From: Bacteroidales bacterium
GTDB lineage: Bacteria > Bacteroidota > Bacteroidia > Bacteroidales > VadinHA17
Assembly (NCBI GenBank): GCA_034521735.1
Contig: JAXHLX010000002.1
Location: 57,130-121,129, forward strand
Direction of reading: 5' to 3'
Length of the DNA: 64,000 nt
The notes below the pieces were generated by a model. The model saw only the letters and a list, made by a program, of their open reading frames with translations, did not search any database and was not told the DNA's origin. The first letter of the stretch is position 1, and each line of letters begins with the position of its first letter. The translations under genes were made by a program, and so were the position numbers. Below are positions 58,916 to 64,000 of the stretch, one piece after another.

Positions 58916-59407
58916 TTAAGATTTGAATTTAATAGTCCTGTGGGTGCCGTCGCAGAAGGGTTTCAGTTTACTTTCTCCGCAGCGGCAAAGGGATACCGTA
59001 CCGCTGAATTTTGAGCGTGTAGAATTTTCCCTTTCAAGAAGAAAACCACCGGCGATAACAAAAGGTCCGTTCTCCATGATATTTATTGTTACCCGCTGAT
59101 CTGCTTCAGCAGTCCTTTTTTTCAGCAGGGACCGTCTCATGTTTTTTATATGGTTAGGATGCTCAATACCCACATCCTTGTTTTGCTCATCATCGTTATA
59201 TTTCCATGTGAGTGCATCAACCGGGCATTTATCAACAACCTCAATGATTTTTTCAGTTTCCGAAGCATCCATTTTTACCCATGGCCTGCGCTCAGTGTCA
59301 AAAACCGCCGGCAGTTCATTGGTACATGCCGAAGCATGAATACATGATGAAGGCTTCCAGTATACCGTTATCTCATTATTTTTATATTCTCTCTCTGCTG
59401 ATTCCAT
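58916..59407 (-). CDS. Divergent 4Fe-4S (Fer4_19/YjdI-like) + CDGSH domain protein
   Basis: WKPSSCIHASAC..LPAVF..RRPWV..CPVDAL, then LCRCGESKLKPFCDGTH. Confidence 0.9.
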   Translation of the reverse strand: MESAEREYKNNEITVYWKPSSCIHASACTNELPAVFDTERRPWVKMDASETEKIIEVVDKCPVDALTWKYNDDEQNKDVGIEHPNHIKNMRRSLLKKRTAEADQRVTINIMENGPFVIAGGFLLERENSTRSKFSGTVSLCRCGESKLKPFCDGTHRTIKFKS

Positions 59408-59679
59408 AAATGAAATGTTTATATTTTAACAATATTTAAGCTTTTTGGTTGTGACAGTCAGGATTAATTAATAATTTTATATTATGTTCTGTTTTACAGG
59501 TTGGCAGCTGTTAATCCTGCCGGTCAGGTAAAATTAATACTTTTTAAGAAATAATACTGTCTGGTTTTCTTAACATGCATTAAATGATATGGCAGTCGTT
59601 TTAATATGAAGCCTGGACTTTCAAAATTAGTCTTAATTGTTTTATTAAGAGATTATTATAATAACTTATTCCGTCCGGT

Positions 59680-61116
59680 ATGGCAATACTGAATATTTTT
59701 GATAAAATTCTGATCCTTATGGCCGGCCGGTCCTTCGATTTTATGGAATCCATGCCACCCTATATTCTGGAGTTCCTTTTAACACTGATAAGTGCACTGG
59801 CCGTTTTTATCACCCTTAATATTATTGTTCTCAGGAAAAGAAAAAAGATAAACCTGGAGCTGAAATCCAAAGCGGAAGAAATTGAGAGCTCCAATCGTAA
59901 TCTTGAAAAGCTTAACAGGGAGCTGTTGGAACAAAATGATACCATTGCCAGGGAACTGGCTAATTCTGAGATGCTGTACAGGATTATACTGGACTCAGCC
60001 GATGACGGTGTTATCTTTTATAATACTGATTGGACTGTTAAATTTCTGAATCCGGCAATATATTCCATTATCGGACTTGAATCTGAAACTGAAGAGCTGG
60101 TTGATTTACTGAATGACGAACGTTTTATCCATCCCGGTGATTCCGGTTTTCATACACAAAGGACAAAAGCAATAAAAGAGAGAGGATCCTATGAATCGGA
60201 GATAAGGCTGAAGCATAAAAACGGTAAATATATTGTTCTTTCAACAAAGCTTGTGGAGGTAAAGGATGAGACTGGCTCTGCCCTCGGGATATTATCCATT
60301 TCAAGGGATATAAGCTCGCTGAAGCTTACACAGGATCAGTTGATTATTGCAAAAGAAAAGGCGGAGGAAAGTAACCGGCTGAAGTCTGCATTCCTTGCTA
60401 ATATATCACATGAGATAAGAACCCCCCTCAACAGTATTGTCGGTTTTGCAAACCTGCTTGAGGATGTAAGCTCCAGTCCGGAGATGAGGGATGAATATGT
60501 GGGATATCTTAACCAGAACACAGAGAAACTATTGCAGATTATTACAGATATAATTGATCTTAGCCGGCTGGAAAATAATGAGATAGAAATACGGTATCAA
60601 GCGGTAAAGATAAATTCAATCATGGATTATGCCAGTGAATATGCAGAAAATTTAATCAGGCGCAGCGGGAAGACTATTGCCTTCAGTGCTGAAAAAGGAC
60701 TGAGCGATGACAAGGATATTGTTTATACAGATGACCTGTGGCTTAAACGTATTTTCAGGCACCTGGTTGATAATGCCGTTAAATTTACCAGGGAGGGTTC
60801 TATAGAGTTGCGTTCACTTATGGCAGGCTCCTCTGTTATGTTTACCATAAAAGATACCGGCATTGGTATAAGCAAGAAGAACCTGAAAACAATATTTGAG
60901 CAATTCAGGCAGGAAGAGAACGGTCATCACCGCTCTTTTGAAGGACTGGGTATAGGACTCACCATGGCACGCAAAGTAGCAGAGAATATGGACGGATTCT
61001 TATGGGTTGAGTCTGTTAAAGGCGAGGGATCAGAGTTCTTCTTTACTATCCCATACAGGCCTGTTGATGCCTCTTCTTTTAAGGAAAAGGAAAAAAGTTG
61101 GATGAGACCCTTATAA
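59680..61116 (+). CDS. Membrane-anchored PAS histidine kinase (no receiver domain)
   Basis: One TM helix, PAS/PAC, FLANISHEIRTPLN, DTGIGI, GLGIGL. Confidence 0.9.
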   Translation: MAILNIFDKILILMAGRSFDFMESMPPYILEFLLTLISALAVFITLNIIVLRKRKKINLELKSKAEEIESSNRNLEKLNRELLEQNDTIARELANSEMLYRIILDSADDGVIFYNTDWTVKFLNPAIYSIIGLESETEELVDLLNDERFIHPGDSGFHTQRTKAIKERGSYESEIRLKHKNGKYIVLSTKLVEVKDETGSALGILSISRDISSLKLTQDQLIIAKEKAEESNRLKSAFLANISHEIRTPLNSIVGFANLLEDVSSSPEMRDEYVGYLNQNTEKLLQIITDIIDLSRLENNEIEIRYQAVKINSIMDYASEYAENLIRRSGKTIAFSAEKGLSDDKDIVYTDDLWLKRIFRHLVDNAVKFTREGSIELRSLMAGSSVMFTIKDTGIGISKKNLKTIFEQFRQEENGHHRSFEGLGIGLTMARKVAENMDGFLWVESVKGEGSEFFFTIPYRPVDASSFKEKEKSWMRPL

Positions 61117-61321
61117 GTCAGGACTGGAAACCAGACAGCCTTCATAGATTATAAGCAGTCCGCTTAAGCACATCATTAAAACGTATGGACCCTGATTTTT
61201 CGTTATTCATGCATGGCATATCCTGTAAGCCACATTAGTCAAATAAATTTTTTTAACAATGCCCATGTAATTATTCAGTCATATTATTTATGACTATTTT
61301 TAAATTATTAAGATTGGAGCT

Positions 61322-63598
61322 ATGCCAGATGATCTGTATGCCGATATTATCCTCCCCCTGTCCGTGGACAGGCTATACACCTATAGGGTGGGCTCCGGGA
61401 TAGAAGATAATATTGTAAGGGGAAGCGCTGTTATCGTACCTCTTGGTAAAAAGAACAGTTACACCGGCATAGTTTTCAGACTGCATAATAATAAGCCTGA
61501 CCTGAATACTGTAAAAGATATTATCCGGCTTAGCGCCAATGAACCCTTTCTGGAAGAAGAGCAGCTGTTGTTATGGCAGTGGGTAAGTGATTATTACCAT
61601 TGCAGTCCCGGAGAAGTGATGAATGCAGCTATCCCTTCCTCATTGCTGGCCACTGACAGCAAAAGATACTTCAAAAGAAAAACAGAAACACAAATCGCCC
61701 TGGTGGATGACTCTCCAGACAATAAGATGAATGACTTGCTGGACAGCATGCAAAAGACTCCGGCAAGGCAAAGGCTGTTGAACACCTATCTTGATATGAT
61801 ATCCGGCGACGGAGAGATTAAAGCTGTGCCTGTCTCAAAAAAACGATTGCTTGAAAAATCAGATACCTCGGCTTCCGTGCTTGATAAACTGACGGAAGCC
61901 GGTATTTTCAGATCCGTTGAGGTGGAGGTTTCCAGGTTCCCTGTAAGTACAAAGAGAAAAGCCGCGATAAAAGAGCTTAGCAGCTCTCAGAAGAAAGCTT
62001 ATGAGCAGGCGCTGTTGGGTTTCAGTACGAAGGGTACGGTGCTCCTTCATGGTGTTACCTCCAGCGGGAAAACAGAGATTTATATCCATCTCATAGAGGA
62101 TACCCTTAAGAGGGGTCAGAAGGTTTTGTACCTGCTGCCTGAGATAGCTCTCACCACCCAGATAATTAACCGCTTAAGAAATAATTTCGGCAAGCTTGTG
62201 GGAGTGTATCATTCAGGCCTCAATGATAATGAGAAAGCCGAGGTTTACAGGAGGGTGAGCGGTGCATCCGGACTGGAAGAATACAGTATATTACTGGGTG
62301 TCAGGTCGTCAGTGTTTCTTCCTGTTAATAATCTGGGACTGGTGATTATAGATGAGGAACATGACAGTTCCTATAAGCAGTTTGATCCTGCTCCCAGGTA
62401 TAATGCAAGAGATACTGCAATTATGCGTGCCCATATCAGCGGTGCCAGGGTATTGCTGGGATCGGCAACACCCTCTGTTGAATCAATGTATAATGCTCTT
62501 ACCGGGAAATATGGATATGCCCACCTGGACCGCAGGTACGGTGATATAAATATGCCGGAGATCATACTGGCCGATTCAAAAGAGGCATACCGTAAAAAGA
62601 TGATGATATCTCACTTTACACCAGAGCTGATTGAGGCAATTGATCAAGCACTGGGTAAGGGAGAACAGATAGTCCTTTTTCGTAATCGCAGGGGCTTTGC
62701 GCATTTCATTATCTGCGCCGACTGCGGATGGACACCGGTATGTCCTAACTGCTCGGTAAATTATGCCTATCATAAGAATACAGCGCGCTTATACTGTCAT
62801 TATTGCGGGTCAACAGAACAGCTGCCGGACAGCTGTGCCAGTTGCCAGTCAACCAATATCAGCCTGAGAGGATTCGGTACCGAAAAAGTGGAAGATGAAA
62901 TATCAATCCTTTTCCCTGATGCTAAAGTTGAAAGGATGGACTATGACAGCACCAGGCGCAGAGGATCGGTGGAGAAGATTATTGATGATCTTGAAACGGG
63001 AAAGACAGATATACTTATCGGGACACAGATGATCTCCAAGGGACTGGATATCGAGAATCTAACGGTGGTAGGTATACTCAATATTGACGGTATGCTGTTT
63101 TATCCTGATTTCAGAGCTTATGAAAGGTGTTTCCAGCTGGCCTCGCAGGTTAGCGGCCGTGCAGGAAGGAGAAAAACACGGGGCAGGGTGATTATACAGA
63201 CATCAGACCCTCATCATCCTGTGATGAGGCAGATAATTAATAATGACTATAAAGGAATGTACGAAAACCAGCTGGCTGAAAGAAAGGAATTCTCTTATCC
63301 TCCCTTCACCAGGCTTATAAGGATATATTTAAAACATAAAGACCGTGATACACTCAACAGTGCAGCCGGTATTATGGCAGCAAACCTGAGGGAATCGTTG
63401 CCGGGCAGGGTCCTTGGGCCTGAATTTCCACCGCATTCAAGGATACAAAATCTGTATATTAAAACCATATTACTGAAAACCGAAAAGAGTAAATCATTTA
63501 AATATATAAGAGAATTGATAAACAGGAATATCCTGGTATTACACCGGCAAAAAGAATATCCGGCACTCAGGATATATTCCGATGTAGATCCACAGTAG
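61322..63598 (+). CDS. priA: Primosomal protein N' (replication restart helicase)
   Basis: LHGVTSSGKTEIY, LLPEIALT, DEEH, GSATPS, Cys-rich zinc region, GTQMISKGLD, QVSGRAGR. Confidence 0.97.
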   Translation: MPDDLYADIILPLSVDRLYTYRVGSGIEDNIVRGSAVIVPLGKKNSYTGIVFRLHNNKPDLNTVKDIIRLSANEPFLEEEQLLLWQWVSDYYHCSPGEVMNAAIPSSLLATDSKRYFKRKTETQIALVDDSPDNKMNDLLDSMQKTPARQRLLNTYLDMISGDGEIKAVPVSKKRLLEKSDTSASVLDKLTEAGIFRSVEVEVSRFPVSTKRKAAIKELSSSQKKAYEQALLGFSTKGTVLLHGVTSSGKTEIYIHLIEDTLKRGQKVLYLLPEIALTTQIINRLRNNFGKLVGVYHSGLNDNEKAEVYRRVSGASGLEEYSILLGVRSSVFLPVNNLGLVIIDEEHDSSYKQFDPAPRYNARDTAIMRAHISGARVLLGSATPSVESMYNALTGKYGYAHLDRRYGDINMPEIILADSKEAYRKKMMISHFTPELIEAIDQALGKGEQIVLFRNRRGFAHFIICADCGWTPVCPNCSVNYAYHKNTARLYCHYCGSTEQLPDSCASCQSTNISLRGFGTEKVEDEISILFPDAKVERMDYDSTRRRGSVEKIIDDLETGKTDILIGTQMISKGLDIENLTVVGILNIDGMLFYPDFRAYERCFQLASQVSGRAGRRKTRGRVIIQTSDPHHPVMRQIINNDYKGMYENQLAERKEFSYPPFTRLIRIYLKHKDRDTLNSAAGIMAANLRESLPGRVLGPEFPPHSRIQNLYIKTILLKTEKSKSFKYIRELINRNILVLHRQKEYPALRIYSDVDPQ

Positions 63599-63715
63599 AC
63601 CGCTACCGTTAGAATAAAATTTGGTACATTTACAGGCTTAAGAAAAGAGTAAAAAATGAAAGGCAGGGAAACTAAAATTTTTACCGGCTTTTCATGCTAA
63701 TAAATATTCAAACTT

Positions 63716-64000
63716 ATGAAAATTGAAGTGTCTGATGGTGAGATAGTTGATAAGTTGACTATTATTGAAATAAAACTGTCAAAAATAAAGGATAGAAAAA
63801 AACTGGATAATCTAAGGAAAGAATTTAAGGTTCTTGATGCTGCGGTAAAAAGTATAATTAGCAAAGATGATCCCTTATACAGGGAGCTGTATGATATTAA
63901 TCTTAAGCTGTGGGATATAGAAGACAGGATCAGGGAGCTTGAGAAGAACAGGGATTTCGCTGCGGAGTTCATTGAGACCGCCCGTTCCGTATATTTTACC
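63716..64000 (+). CDS. DUF6165-like protein, runs off the window end
   Basis: Manual translation MKIEVSDGEIVDKLTIIEIK...NLKLWDIEDRIRELEK..FIETARSVYFT; missing from the ORF track because it has no stop in the window. Confidence 0.8.
   Translation, partial: MKIEVSDGEIVDKLTIIEIKLSKIKDRKKLDNLRKEFKVLDAAVKSIISKDDPLYRELYDINLKLWDIEDRIRELEKNRDFAAEFIETARSVYFT

Overview
Core-genome segment of a Bacteroidota (Bacteroidales-like) chromosome. The assignment rests on the 16S sequence, TTTG-N18-21-TAnnTTTG promoters, a SusD-type protein, a PorE-like protein and type III glutamine synthetase. The window holds a complete rRNA operon (16S, tRNA-Ile, tRNA-Ala, 23S, 5S) and housekeeping genes: gpmI, a coaX-lptC envelope cluster, mfd, fbp, lysC, pyrC, ppiD-like, glnA, purM-prfA-pyrF, rpsO-pnp, sucC, arcA and priA. 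The only clearly accessory block is a four-gene phosphorelay cassette (41.3-49.8 kb) whose first kinase has a GAF domain with a Cys...PEGH signature, suggesting a heme/redox sensor. I found no transposase, integrase, prophage or CRISPR array. Single-base frameshifts (mostly +1 insertions, densest at 10.7-14.2 kb) look like long-read consensus errors. Smaller signals: an in-frame internal deletion that removes the pore from a K+ channel gene, a truncated secreted-protein gene, a relic 3' end of a second susD, a palindromic operator upstream of glnA, and structured leaders upstream of lysC and rpsO. Nothing here is demonstrably a new system; the best candidates are inferences that need searches I cannot run.
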